Below, one piece after another: positions 43,041 to 54,401 of a stretch of DNA of 64,000 nt (position 1 is its first letter; each line of letters opens with the position of its first letter). The DNA lies in NCBI GenBank assembly GCA_963733675.1, contig CAVTET010000004.1, positions 736,001 to 800,000 on the forward strand, given 5' to 3'. Made by a program: the position numbers and the translations under genes. The notes under the pieces are model-generated. The model had not been told where the DNA came from. It ran no database searches and worked only from the letters and a program-made list of their open reading frames with translations. Source of the DNA: an uncultured Methanosarcinaceae archaeon (GTDB taxonomy: Archaea > Halobacteriota > Methanosarcinia > Methanosarcinales > Methanosarcinaceae).

Positions 43041-44213
43041 TTACCAGAGATCACCCTGCAAGATCGCCTGGGTTTTGTCGTTTGTACTTTTGTTCATTTT
43101 TTTAATCTTTATCAAATACTCTTCTTCGACAGCTTGAGGCTCTTCAAAAATTACATCAACCCCAAGTCTTTTAAGGTAATCTTCGAAATCTTTTACAGTT
43201 TTTAAGTCTCTTACCCGGATCTTTGCCTCTTCATAGAGCCTCTGGCCATCCTTTACACCCCTAATTGATTCTCTGAGTGGACTCAGTATGCTTTCCCCTA
43301 ATTGCATACAGCGTTTTTTGAACTCTTCCTCATTTTCTTTCCACTCTACTGTCTGAAAACCTTCTCTGACAATGCGGGAGAGCATATAGTCTCTGCCAGT
43401 ATCATTGTAGAATTTAAAAGCATGCCTGAGATCCGAGCAATTACTCTGGGAAGAAGTATATTTCAATTGAGAAAGAACCATTTCAGGATCTTTTATTACG
43501 ACACCTTCATGCTCTTTTTCCCCAAGTTCCAGGATGATTTTTTCGATTTCTCTGGGAACATTTTCCATGAGAATTTCCCCAAAAAATCTTACCTGGAAAA
43601 AACCATATTTTTCCAGAATTTTCTGCTTTTTGTATATCTTAAGAGGCTTACCACTGTTTTTCTCCCGAATGTCGAATATATAAAATTCTACAGATTCGAC
43701 GTTATAGATATCTTTTGAGATATAAGGATTATCAGGCCCTATCATTTCTCCGTAAAGTACAAGTTCCGGAAAATCGTCAAAAAAATTCAGATTCAATTTC
43801 TCTTTCGCTTTTTGGGTTGTATAAGGGCAGATATATCCACTTCGGGTAATTGCAATTATCTCCCCATTTGCAATTGCTATCCGAACATTGTATCCATTCA
43901 TTTTTTCTTCTAAGACTATCTTCTGAAGGCCGAAGAAGTGCCTTTTAATAGTAGGATCCAGTACCATAGCTCTCCGAATCTTGGGAAAGCCAGTGATTAT
44001 TTCGAAAGAGTTGCCTTTCTCATAAAGAACCGTACCCCTCTCGATATGGGAAATTTCCTTGTCGAAACGGAGCAAATGCTCGTATTTTCCCCAGTTCCAG
44101 GCAAGATAATTTTTCTCAAAAAGGTTATGAACCTTCTCCTTATCAAATCCAAGGCAATCAGCAAGTCGAGCTACAAATTCAGGATCATTTTTCTCATTAA
44201 CCTCTCTACTCAT
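43041..44213 (-). CDS. Archaeal homodimeric ATP-dependent RNA ligase (Rnl3/Pab1020 family)
   Basis: GFPKIRRA, EEKMNGYNVR motif I, TRSGYICPYTT, EGVVIKD. Confidence 0.9.
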   Translation of the reverse strand: MSREVNEKNDPEFVARLADCLGFDKEKVHNLFEKNYLAWNWGKYEHLLRFDKEISHIERGTVLYEKGNSFEIITGFPKIRRAMVLDPTIKRHFFGLQKIVLEEKMNGYNVRIAIANGEIIAITRSGYICPYTTQKAKEKLNLNFFDDFPELVLYGEMIGPDNPYISKDIYNVESVEFYIFDIREKNSGKPLKIYKKQKILEKYGFFQVRFFGEILMENVPREIEKIILELGEKEHEGVVIKDPEMVLSQLKYTSSQSNCSDLRHAFKFYNDTGRDYMLSRIVREGFQTVEWKENEEEFKKRCMQLGESILSPLRESIRGVKDGQRLYEEAKIRVRDLKTVKDFEDYLKRLGVDVIFEEPQAVEEEYLIKIKKMNKSTNDKTQAILQGDLW

Positions 44214-44415
44214 ATCTAATTATCTATATTCAGACCTGAAATAAGTTATCATTCACATATCAATTTGGATATAATTAATAATTATAATTAGCACATAATT
44301 AATTAAAAAAATTAGCTTTGATCGACAACTTACAGATACGACTAAAAAAAGAACAAGGAGAAACTAAATAAAAAAAGCTAAAAATAAAAAATGAGTAGAT
44401 TCCTGAGAAATCTTC

Positions 44416-45276
44416 TCAGAACTGCATGGATCTCAGGCGTTTGACCCTATCTTCGGTTTGAGGGTGGGTGCTGAAAAGAGACTGGATAATTCCTCCCTTG
44501 AGGGGATTAACAATAAACATATGTGCACTACTTTCCTTTGGTTGCACATCTGAGGTTTTTGGCTTGTAGTTGGAGTTCCCATATTCTAGCTTTTCCAGAG
44601 CATCAGCAAGTACCCAGGGTTTCCGACAAATTCGAGCTCCTTCAGAATCAGCTGCATATTCTCTTGACCTTGAGATTGCTAGCTGGATCAAGGTTGCAGC
44701 AAGCGGTGCCAGGAATATCATCGCGATAAAACTTACTATTCCCCCTTTATCATCACTTCTGCCACCAAGGCCACCGAAAATCGCAGCCCACTGTGCCATA
44801 CTAGCCATCATCGTTATGACACCCGCAATTGTCGCAGCCACTGAACTGATGAGTGTATCTCTGTTCATTACGTGTGCAAGCTCATGTGCCAGCACGCCTT
44901 CGATCTCTTCATAAGAGAGTAGGTTCAGAATACCTGTCGTAACGGCTACAGCTGCATTCTTCGGATCCCGGCCTGTTGCAAATGCATTTGGCATCCCAGA
45001 ATCTACAATATATACTTTGGGTTTTGGCAGTTTCGCTTTAATAGCTAGTCCATCGACGATCCTGTGCAGGTTTGGGGACTCTGTAGGGGAGACCTCTCTT
45101 GCCCTATACATCTTGAGTACTATCTTATCGCTGTACCAGTAGCTACCGAAATTGATGATTACTGCAAATAGTAATGCAATGATCATTCCACCCCTACCAC
45201 CAAAGTAATTTCCTATCAGAACCATAAGACCTGTAAGAGCAGCAAGCAAAATTGTAGTTTTTAACATGTTTTTCAT
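44416..45276 (-). CDS. htpX: Zinc metalloprotease HtpX
   Basis: [26 protein letters not shown]. Confidence 0.95.
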   Translation of the reverse strand: MKNMLKTTILLAALTGLMVLIGNYFGGRGGMIIALLFAVIINFGSYWYSDKIVLKMYRAREVSPTESPNLHRIVDGLAIKAKLPKPKVYIVDSGMPNAFATGRDPKNAAVAVTTGILNLLSYEEIEGVLAHELAHVMNRDTLISSVAATIAGVITMMASMAQWAAIFGGLGGRSDDKGGIVSFIAMIFLAPLAATLIQLAISRSREYAADSEGARICRKPWVLADALEKLEYGNSNYKPKTSDVQPKESSAHMFIVNPLKGGIIQSLFSTHPQTEDRVKRLRSMQF

Positions 45277-45719
45277 GACTTCTCACACAACGTCCTCTCA
45301 GGCTAATTGCCCGGGCTTTCAGTCTTTGACTCTTATTCCTAAACTCATTTTAATAAATTAAACAGATTGAAATGGATATTATATTTCCAACTACAAATAT
45401 ATTTTGTTATCTCTCATTATGAAGATTGACACAATTGTACTATTTATAGTTCCTTATTTGTCCCAAAATATTTCTGAATTTCATAAAAACGAAAGATCAA
45501 TTCTCAAAAGTTGGAATTTCATCTATGCAAAGAACATTTCATACATTTTTTTTACATACCCTATGTTCTAAACTCTTATAACAAGTAATACCTATGTTTG
45601 AACATATTTACATTCGATGTATTTGAGTAACAGTTTTGTTTGAAAACGGGCTACTTGTTGAACTCAGAATATAAATTCATACATTGAAAGAAATTAATTA
45701 TTTGGTTGATTTATTCAAT

Positions 45720-46370
45720 CAAAGTCGAGGTTACTTACCCTTCTGCAAGCAACTTGATATGTTCACCCCAATGCTCTGGGTATAAAGAAATTATTCAGAT
45801 TCAAATATTTTCACTTGCTCATATGCTTCTTTTTCGTCCTGGTTTTCCTGATTTTCGATATAGTTTTTAATTACCTCGGAAGTCGCACAATTATTCACAG
45901 TTCCAATGTAATTTCCATCATTCCACAGTTCACAACCAAATAACTGTTTTTAGTCTCAGAGTACTATTTAAAGACATTTCTAAGACATTTCTTGCTGTAT
46001 ACGTTTTCTAATCTACATAACTCTTGAAGTAGAATATTTTGGTTCACAACAACGAAAAGATGCACATAATTACTATAATTACTTCACATTTACTATAATT
46101 ACTTCACATCAAACTTAACACAGCGAGTTTTACCAATTTCAAAGTATATGTGTCTCAAATAATTTATTATGTCGTTGTCTAAAAGAAATTTTTATGATAG
46201 TTCGTAAAAAAACTATTTGATATCTTATTTTGTATGCACAATGGTTTACATTCTGTAGTTCCATTTTTATAGTGCAAAGGTAGCTTAAGATATAAATCAG
46301 TTAATTAATAACGTTTCTTGAGTAAGTTTCCATCCTCAAAGCAAAATTTTGGTATTCGACGGAAATAAAA
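45720..46370 (-). mobile_element. Heavily decayed IS200 (tnpA) copy
   Basis: Homologous to 50703-51325 (ELQNVNHC.YKIRY..VHLF..EPKYS). Confidence 0.7.
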
Positions 46371-46574
46371 GAGAATAGGTCGTGATTTTGAGTTATGGTC
46401 GCGATCTTGAGTTATTAATCTCTTATAATATGTTATGGATTCTATTATGATTTGGAGGAAGTTAAACTTACTTATGAAATAAGTTTTTCAGAATTTTGTT
46501 GCCGTAATTATTCAGCCAACCTAAAATCAGTTAGAAAATATCTATTTCAATTCAATAGATACTTTTGATTACGG

Positions 46575-47600
46575 ACATATGAACTAAAAAATACAATCTT
46601 TAGCCTACAGTTAAAGAAAATAAGCCCACTTAAATTTGCTTAATGAATCTTATTAAATATGGCTATTAACACTGTTTTATCCAGGCTGAAAAACTACGCT
46701 GGAATAAAGATTATCCGAATTTCAGTACTTCAACAACTAGCTCAGATGCTAAGTAAAATTTCATCCATTTGAACAATTTGGCAAAAAGTATATGACTAAA
46801 ATGATTCCTCAAATGCTCTCTCAATCATTTTTATTTCAATAATAAAGTTAATCCACAAATTATTTTAATATATGTATCAAAATGAAGATATTTCAGTCTC
46901 ATAAACTTCCCCTTTCGAATTTCTCCCTTTTGATATCCTGTTTCATCGGTCATATATCTCTTCATTTTTAATAAGACACCTTATAATTTTGGTAATTTTT
47001 CTTTCTAGATCATAATTGCCTTTGAGTGTCAAATGATTTCTTTTTTCGGTTAAAAACTTTTTTAATTTGTTCTTTTTTTTCATGCTTTACTTTATGAGAA
47101 AATAACAAATTAGAGAAATGATTTTCAACACAAACTCTCTATTAAACTTGTTAACTAGAACCAAGCAATAGCTGTTGAAACTTTGAATGTTAAAGGCATA
47201 AGTAAGAATCACCATTTAGCACGGTCTATAGGTGTTAGACATGGAGGAGTTTTGTAACAAAATAAGAATATAAATCAGAATAGTCAGGAAAAACCATTCT
47301 TATGGTCGGTAAATTTGAACCATCATCTAAGATCTGTCATGTTTGTAGATACCATAACTCTGAGCTAACACTAAAAGATAGAGAATGGAAATGTCCTGAT
47401 TGCAAGACAAAACATGAAAGAGACATTAAGAGACATTAATACTACAATTAACATCACAAAAATCTGCTTTCATTGATCAAAATCTAATTGAAATCTGATA
47501 CCCTTGGAATGCGGAGGATGGGCTTATGGACTTGTTTTCAAAAGAGAAAGGAATGAACCAAGAAGTTACTTAGTCTTCAGCTGATTGGTAGTCCAGGAAT
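46575..47600 (+). pseudogene. tnpB: TnpB (IS200/IS605-type) relic with an interrupted middle
   Basis: IAVETLNVKG, KFEPSSKICHVC, LKDREWKCPDCKTKHERD motifs; 3' non-coding tail. Confidence 0.72.
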
Positions 47601-48053
47601 GTCAATGCATGTCCCAGAAAATCTAACAGTTCTTTAGATCCAAAAGTCTATATAGTTGTGATTATCAATCTATGTCCATAGGGTTTTGATAAATTATATG
47701 GCAAAAAAGATATATAGTTGTTAGCGCCACTGCATGGCCGATCATAATAAAGAAGATATTCCTTAACTTATGTAAAAAAATACAATATTGCCGACTTATT
47801 GAAAAAACATAGCCCCCCTAAATTATATAAGAAACAGAAACTTTGACTAGAAAGGATTGATTGCAATTTAGGAAATTTTTTTACAAACAATTATCCCCGA
47901 TTGTTAAAGTGGATTTTGGGGCTGTCCTTCGCTTTAAGCACAAAATCGGGTGATTATCAGCACTAAAATTAAATTATAGAACACAAAGAAATCTTATCAG
48001 ATTTTTATTATTTTAGAAAATAAATCTGAAAAAGTACAAAACCCAGATTACGC

Positions 48054-50246
48054 GTGATAGTAATGGAGCGTAACTTCCCCATTCAGTGTGCAGATTTTGA
48101 TAGGTTAGTTATGGATGATTTTGAAGGGAATCGGGTAGAAGTTTCCAGCATGTCTGACCTCAGTGATCCCTGTCTGTATACGGATCGCGAATATAGCTGG
48201 CTTCAGTTTAATAACAGGGTGTTAGAAGAGGCTTTCAACAAGCATAATCCACTACTTGAGAGGGTCAAATTCCTTTCCATTTTTGGGAGCAACCTCGACG
48301 AGTTTTTTATGGTTAGGGTTTCAGGAGTTCACAAGAGAATAACAGAAGGAATAAAAGAAAATTTAAACGTTGAGCTCGCGCAACAGCAGCTTCATATCAT
48401 CCGGGAAGAACTTATTAGGCAGCTTCCTCTCAATGACAGCTGCTGGAATGAAGTGCTTGAGCCCGCCCTTAGAGAAAATGGGATTAAATGTTTAAACTAC
48501 TTTGAACTGTCTGAAAAGGACAGAGAATGGCTCAGAGATTACTTTGAAAAAAGCATTTTTCCTTTACTTACCCCTCTAGGCTTCGATTCAGGACACCCTT
48601 TCCCACACATCTCGAATCTGAGTCTTAACCTGGCAGTACTTATTGATGATCCTGAATATGGAGAGCGTTTTGCTAGGGTCAAAATACCTCCAATGTTCAA
48701 GAGGATGATTTTAGTTCCTGAGGATGGTGGGGAAGAAACAACTTCAAGTTTCGAGAATTTTAAAACCGGTCGTTTTGTGTGGATTGAACAACTCATTGCT
48801 GCAAACCTTGACATCCTATTTCCTGGGCAGCATATCCTGGGAGCTTATCCATTCAGAATCACACGAGATGCAGACCTCGGATTCGATGAAGATGGGGATA
48901 AAGATCTTTTGACTGCTGTAAAGCAGAGGATTGGAATAAACTACTTTGGGCCAGCTGTTAGACTTGAAATTGACTATACAATGCCCCCTAAAGTCTATGA
49001 TATCCTCCTTAAGAACCTAGGCCTTACTGCTTCTCTCATGCTCAAATCGGCAGCCCCTCTGGGCCTTTCAAGTCTCAATAACCTTACGCAGATCAACCGT
49101 CCTGAGCTCAAATACAAGCCCTTCGAATCGAGAAAACATCCTCAATTGATTGATAAGAAAAATATTTTTGCGGTCCTTAAAAAGAGAGATGTTCTCCTCT
49201 ATCACCCCTATGATAGTTTCGAATCGGTAATTGATTTCGTGGAAGAAGCTGCCGATGATCCAGATGTTGTTACAATCAAAATGACATTATACAGGGTAGA
49301 TGACAACTCTAGGATCATTCAGGCTCTGATGAAAGCTGCAGACAGAAAAAAACAAGTTGCAGTTCTAGTGGAACTTAAAGCCCGCTTTGACGAGGAGAAC
49401 AATATAGGGTGGGCAAAAGAACTTGAGCGTAAAGGCGTTCACGTTGCCTATGGTTTCCCTGGGCGCAAGACTCATGCTAAGATGTGCTTAGTAGTCAGGA
49501 TCGAAAAAGAAGGAATCAAGTATTATGTGCATATGAGTACAGGAAACTACAACGCTGTCACAGGAAAACTCTATACCGACTTTGGTTATCTGACAAGTGA
49601 CTCATTTATAGGTAAGGATATTTCGGACCTTTTTAATGCTCTTACAGGTTATTCGAAAAAGACTCATTATATCAAGCTCCTTGTTGCCCCTCAGGACCTC
49701 AGGCACCAAATTCTTGAGCGCATCAGGCGCGAGATTGACATGCACGAAAAGTATGGAAATGGGCACATGATCTTCAAGATGAATTCTCTAGTGGATGATC
49801 AGTGTATCCGGGAACTTTACAGAGCTTCGCGCATCGGAGTAAAGATAGACCTTCTTATCAGAGGAATTTGCTGCCTCAGACCCGGTATATTTAGACTCAG
49901 TGAACAAATAAGGGTTATTTCAATAGTTGGCCGCTTTCTTGAACACTCCAGAGCATACTATTTCAGGAACGGGGGAAAAGAAGAAATTTTTATGGGCAGC
50001 GCTGATCTAATGCCGCGTAATCTGGACAACAGAGTAGAAATTCTCTTCCCCATATCAACTGCATACATTCCTATTGTAAGGGATGTCATACTTGGTATTC
50101 AACTGAAAGATAACATAAAAGCCCGTCTGTTGCTTCCTAACGGCAGGACTGAAATGATTCACCCAAAGCCTGAAGAAGAACTGGATTCTCAACTGTGGAT
50201 GCTTGAGAATAGTAAAAGCTGGGATCTGATTACTCAGAAAGGCTGA
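48054..50246 (+). CDS. ppk1: Polyphosphate kinase 1 (start may be 48063 or 48111)
   Basis: REYSWLQFNNRVL, NLDEFFMVRV, HPYDSF, KTHAK phospho-His, GRFLEHSR. Confidence 0.95.
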   Translation: MIVMERNFPIQCADFDRLVMDDFEGNRVEVSSMSDLSDPCLYTDREYSWLQFNNRVLEEAFNKHNPLLERVKFLSIFGSNLDEFFMVRVSGVHKRITEGIKENLNVELAQQQLHIIREELIRQLPLNDSCWNEVLEPALRENGIKCLNYFELSEKDREWLRDYFEKSIFPLLTPLGFDSGHPFPHISNLSLNLAVLIDDPEYGERFARVKIPPMFKRMILVPEDGGEETTSSFENFKTGRFVWIEQLIAANLDILFPGQHILGAYPFRITRDADLGFDEDGDKDLLTAVKQRIGINYFGPAVRLEIDYTMPPKVYDILLKNLGLTASLMLKSAAPLGLSSLNNLTQINRPELKYKPFESRKHPQLIDKKNIFAVLKKRDVLLYHPYDSFESVIDFVEEAADDPDVVTIKMTLYRVDDNSRIIQALMKAADRKKQVAVLVELKARFDEENNIGWAKELERKGVHVAYGFPGRKTHAKMCLVVRIEKEGIKYYVHMSTGNYNAVTGKLYTDFGYLTSDSFIGKDISDLFNALTGYSKKTHYIKLLVAPQDLRHQILERIRREIDMHEKYGNGHMIFKMNSLVDDQCIRELYRASRIGVKIDLLIRGICCLRPGIFRLSEQIRVISIVGRFLEHSRAYYFRNGGKEEIFMGSADLMPRNLDNRVEILFPISTAYIPIVRDVILGIQLKDNIKARLLLPNGRTEMIHPKPEEELDSQLWMLENSKSWDLITQKG

Positions 50247-50702
50247 AAAATATCTTCCGTCATCTATTTTTGCTTAGTTATAATCCCACAGTAAAAATTT
50301 ACACTTCAAAAACTTCGAAAAACGTATGTATTTCAAGTGCATAAAATCTCCATTAATCATAAACGCAAAGTTAAACGAAGGAAAGCATGGAAAAAAGGAA
50401 AATTGATCCTCTACGTCCTTTCATTGGTATACTTTTGAAAATTATAATCAATTCGTGAGTTTACTATAAATGAACAATAAAGAACTTCCATTATTTTTTG
50501 CTGTTTCTTGCAGCAATTCCAAGACAACTACCCATAAGCTATTCAATCGTATTCAGTTTCATGCACTGAAGGTTATTGTGAAGCTTTTAGTAGTGAAATT
50601 GTCCATGCTGAACCTCCATCACAGAAAGTTTCATAATCTTTAGGTACCTCTTTTCAACTTTAAGACCTGAAAATTTCTGAATTTCCGAAGTTCCATCCAG
50701 AA

Positions 50703-51325
50703 TCAAAGTTGCGCTGGCGCACCCCGCTGCAAGCAACGGGGTATGTTCGCGCCACCGCTCTGGTTGTAATGGCTATTAAAAATCGAGTATGTTCATTTGC
50801 TGATATGCTTCTTTTTCTTCCCTGTTTCCCTGATTTTCAACATAGTTTTTGATAACATCTGAAGTTGTTCCATCTTCTATAGTTCCAATGTAACCTCCAT
50901 CACTCCAAATTTAACAACCAAAAAGCTTTTTTGATCTCAGGGTATTGTTTAAAGATTTATCTTGCTATAATACTTTTTATAATTTGCATGACTTTTGAAG
51001 GAGAATACTTTGGTTCAGCTCCAACAAAAAGATGTACATGATCACCATCACTACCAATTGCATCAAACTCAAAACAGTATCTTTCACTAATTTCAAAGCA
51101 TACGTTTTTCAAAAATTTGATGAGTTCTGTCCCTAAAAAAAAGATTTTTACGGTACTTCAAACAAAAAAACCATGTGATATCTTATTTTATATACACAAT
51201 GGTTTGCACGTCTTAGTTCCATTTACAGTACAAATGTAGCAAAAAATATAAATTTATTATTTAACAACGGTTATCAGGGAAGTTTTCCATCCCCGCAGCA
51301 AGCTGCGAGTATTCGATTGAAATAA
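50703..51325 (-). mobile_element. tnpA: IS200-family element with frameshifted tnpA (50776-51222)
   Basis: MELRRANHCVYKIRYH, DHVHLF HUH motif, WSDGGYIGT; subterminal hairpins CCCCGCTGCAAGCAACGGGG and GCAGCAAGCTGC. Confidence 0.85.
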
Positions 51326-51329
51326 TATT

Positions 51330-51455
51330 GGATGTCATAAATGCCGCTTGGGCCATAACCGCCGCCATTGCCCACATAGCCTTGTGCACTCGTTCTCACT
51401 GCGTCACAGATCATACAAAAAGTACTGCCAGCAAAATAGTTAGTACCTTTTTCAT
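51330..51455 (-). pseudogene. Remnant of a small secreted Gly-rich protein gene abutting the IS200
   Basis: MKKVLTILLAVLFV* then, in a shifted frame, SAQGYVGNGGGYGPSG. Confidence 0.5.
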
Positions 51456-51899
51456 TCTACTAGATACGTGTTTCAACATTTTCTTTCACCCCGTTATGCT
51501 TAAAATCAAAAATTATAATAGAATTTGTTTTTAGTAACTATTCAAGCTATCAAAATTTAGTTGATTGATATCCATTCTATTACACCAACAAATTTCGATG
51601 AAATACAAAACTTACTTAGCTTACTAGTTATTTTAAATTAATTATAAAAAAATAGTTTCTGAATAAAAATAATTTCCCATAAGATATTTTGACATTGAAC
51701 AATAATTTGATATTAATTATGTTTTTTTATAATAGTTCTGAGTAAAGATTATTTTTGCATGAAACTTTGAAAGAATTATATATAAGTTAATATTAATTAT
51801 AGATTATCATTATTTCTGAATCTTCACCATATGTTGTGAATATTATCTAAATGATTCACGAAAATAAAAGGTTCATTGATACATTTATTTATTCATATT

Positions 51900-52365
51900 T
51901 TAAAAGCAAAATTTTGATGATGGTACTTTTTTTTTGCACCGTTTTTTTGTGGTAAAACCTATGGATCAAGAAAACCTGGAAATCCTGTTTTTTACTGAAA
52001 GAAAAAGATGGAGAATAATCATTTTTACAGAACTTTCAGTACACTGCTAACTTTGGTAGTATTGAAAATTTGCTGTAAACTGGAAGTCGTATTTTGCATA
52101 TAGAATCTAATTCAGTTTTTCTGATATTAGATTCTCTTTTTTTAATTTTTAAAATTGATTTTGATAAAACAATTTTCATAAATTAATTTAATTAAAATCA
52201 ATAACTTGGAGTTTATTGAATTTTGCATGCTTTTTAGTATTTTTTTGCATTTGATAGGGGGCTACTAACACGCTAGAAAAAAAATATATTCTTTTATTAA
52301 ATGGAATAATTGAGTTTACAGACATATAGTCAAAATTTTTGAGACTTTCATTTTTGCAGTGGAAG
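51900..52365. mobile_element. MITE-like repeat ending in an IS6-type IR
   Basis: Shared blocks with 1275-1560 and 18440-18755; ends TTTTGCAGTGGAAG. Confidence 0.6.
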
Positions 52366-52534
52366 TTTTGTACCTCGTAAAAAATTTAAAAATCGTGAAA
52401 AATCTATAATAGGTTCTAAATTGCACATTTGAAGTAAAAAATCAAACACTTTAGGAATTTAGGAATTATAGTATAATCAAAAAAAATTGAATAAAATAAA
52501 GCAAATTTTACAGAAAATTATTCAAGTTGCTATT

Positions 52535-52960
52535 TTTAATTAAGCTTCTGATCTTTTCTTGGTGGTAATTTTACAACTTATAGCCAAAATTGTTCTATAG
52601 AACCAATTACTTTCATGAATTCATCAAATCCAAAAAGTTTAACAATATAAGCATTGAAATTTTTTATCCATGCTATAATTGAGGCCAAAATTGACTGATT
52701 TTGCAACGCTTCTTTGCTGCTTCATTAATTTCGTTCCGCATAAACATGAAACATAGCTCCTTATGGTACCAAGCATATGAATTTAATGTAGATAAAGTTT
52801 TTTTGTCGTTCCAGGCTTTTGAATCCGCGGGTTAAGTTCATTTGCTTTGTCAAATGCTTTAATTGCATCTTCATCCTTGTTTAATCTATATAGAGCAACT
52901 TCTGTATTGTATTAAGCATCTGAATCATGCCGATTATTTTTAATTGCTTTGTCATTAGTT
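52535..52960 (-). pseudogene. Fragments of a response-regulator C-terminus and a TPR protein
   Basis: NAYIVKLFGFDEFMKVIGSIEQFWL*VVKLPP; YNTEVALYRLNKDEDAIKAFDKANELNP. Confidence 0.55.
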
Positions 52961-53599
52961 TTTATTGCTTTTTCTGGTTGATAATTCAAAAATTATCTAA
53001 CCAGTTAATGAAATTTTATAAAACCTTACTTATTTATAGTCAAAATATTGCCAAGTTTATTCATAAATTAAGGTATGATTCCAAAATGAATTTAAGTTTT
53101 TTAATCAAAGTGTCAAATGATGCTTGAATATACTAACTGATCCACATAAAAAAGCCACCGTTAACGAAAAATCATCATGGAAATCACAATGCTCAATATT
53201 TCATAGAAACCGTCATTGTCTATGGCATGGTCTCTACCACGATTATAAGGTCGGGTATTCACGTCTAAAGCAGTAAACAGCCTACATTATAATCGTGAAA
53301 ATGAGACAACATTTTTTTGGAGATAGACATTATTAAAAACAAAGAAACAAACGAATCAAAAACATTTCCTCTTTCCAACATGATTCAAAGTCCTCAAAAT
53401 TTTCCCACGGATATGAGTGAGGACTTTTCAATCAACTTCGAAAATATTTACACATATAAACAATAATAACCGTATTCAATGACTTGAAAATCGCAGTTAA
53501 TTATTCAGTTAACGATAATTCATCTTCCTTTTTATTAATTTTTTTCTTTTCCTGGTCCCTTTTTACCTATCATATAGACATTTTTATTCCAGTCAAATA

Positions 53600-54190
53600 C
53601 CCCAAATATTGCTTTAAGGATGAAAACTTCCCGAGACCTTTATTAACTAAATGATTTATATCTTAAGCTACCTTTGTAATATAAAATAGAACTACAGAAT
53701 GTAAACCATTGTGCATATAAAATAAGATATCAAATAGTTTTTTACGAACTGTCATAAAAAATTCAAATTAGACACTAACATAATAAATTATTTAAGACAC
53801 ATATACTTTGAAATTGGTAAAAGATGCTTTTTTAAGTTTGATTTAATTGATATTTATGATGATTATGCACATCTTTTCTTTGGATACTGAACCAAAATAT
53901 TTTATTTCAAGATTCATGCAGATTAGAAAAAGTATCAAATAAAAAAAATCTTTAAATAATACCATGTGATTAAAAAAAAGTTATTAGACAGTTAACTATG
54001 AAGTGATGTAGGTTACATAGGAATTGTGATGACGATACAACTTCCGATTTCTTTAAAAATTATATTGAAAACAAAAAGAAAAAAATCATGACGCAAGTGA
54101 AAATATTTGATTTTTAATTATTCCTTTACATTCAGAGCAGTGAAATGAATATCTCATATTTCTTGCAGCTGTGTAGCAACCGAAATTTAG
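53600..54190 (+). mobile_element. Heavily decayed IS200 (tnpA) copy
   Basis: ELQNVNHCAYKIRYQIVF..HLF..EPKY; reverse homolog of 45720-46370. Confidence 0.7.
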
Positions 54191-54401
54191 ATTTTTTTTC
54201 GATTTCAATCTTTCTCTTATTATAAACCTCAGATGAGCAGAGTTTTTTGAACTTACAATTTTACATATTAATAGATAGTAGAAAATCAGTGGAAAATAAA
54301 TCTAAAATAGAGTAAAGTCTGAAAGAATATGATGAAACTGATTTTAGAGTCTCTTGACCCCTTCAATGAAAACAAAAAACAGTACATTCAGGTGCTAGTC
54401 A

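Noticed and set aside
9152-48912. Antisense or overlapping ORFs inside recQ, ppdK, asd, rnl, htpX and ppk1
   Set aside because: Shadow frames of well-supported genes
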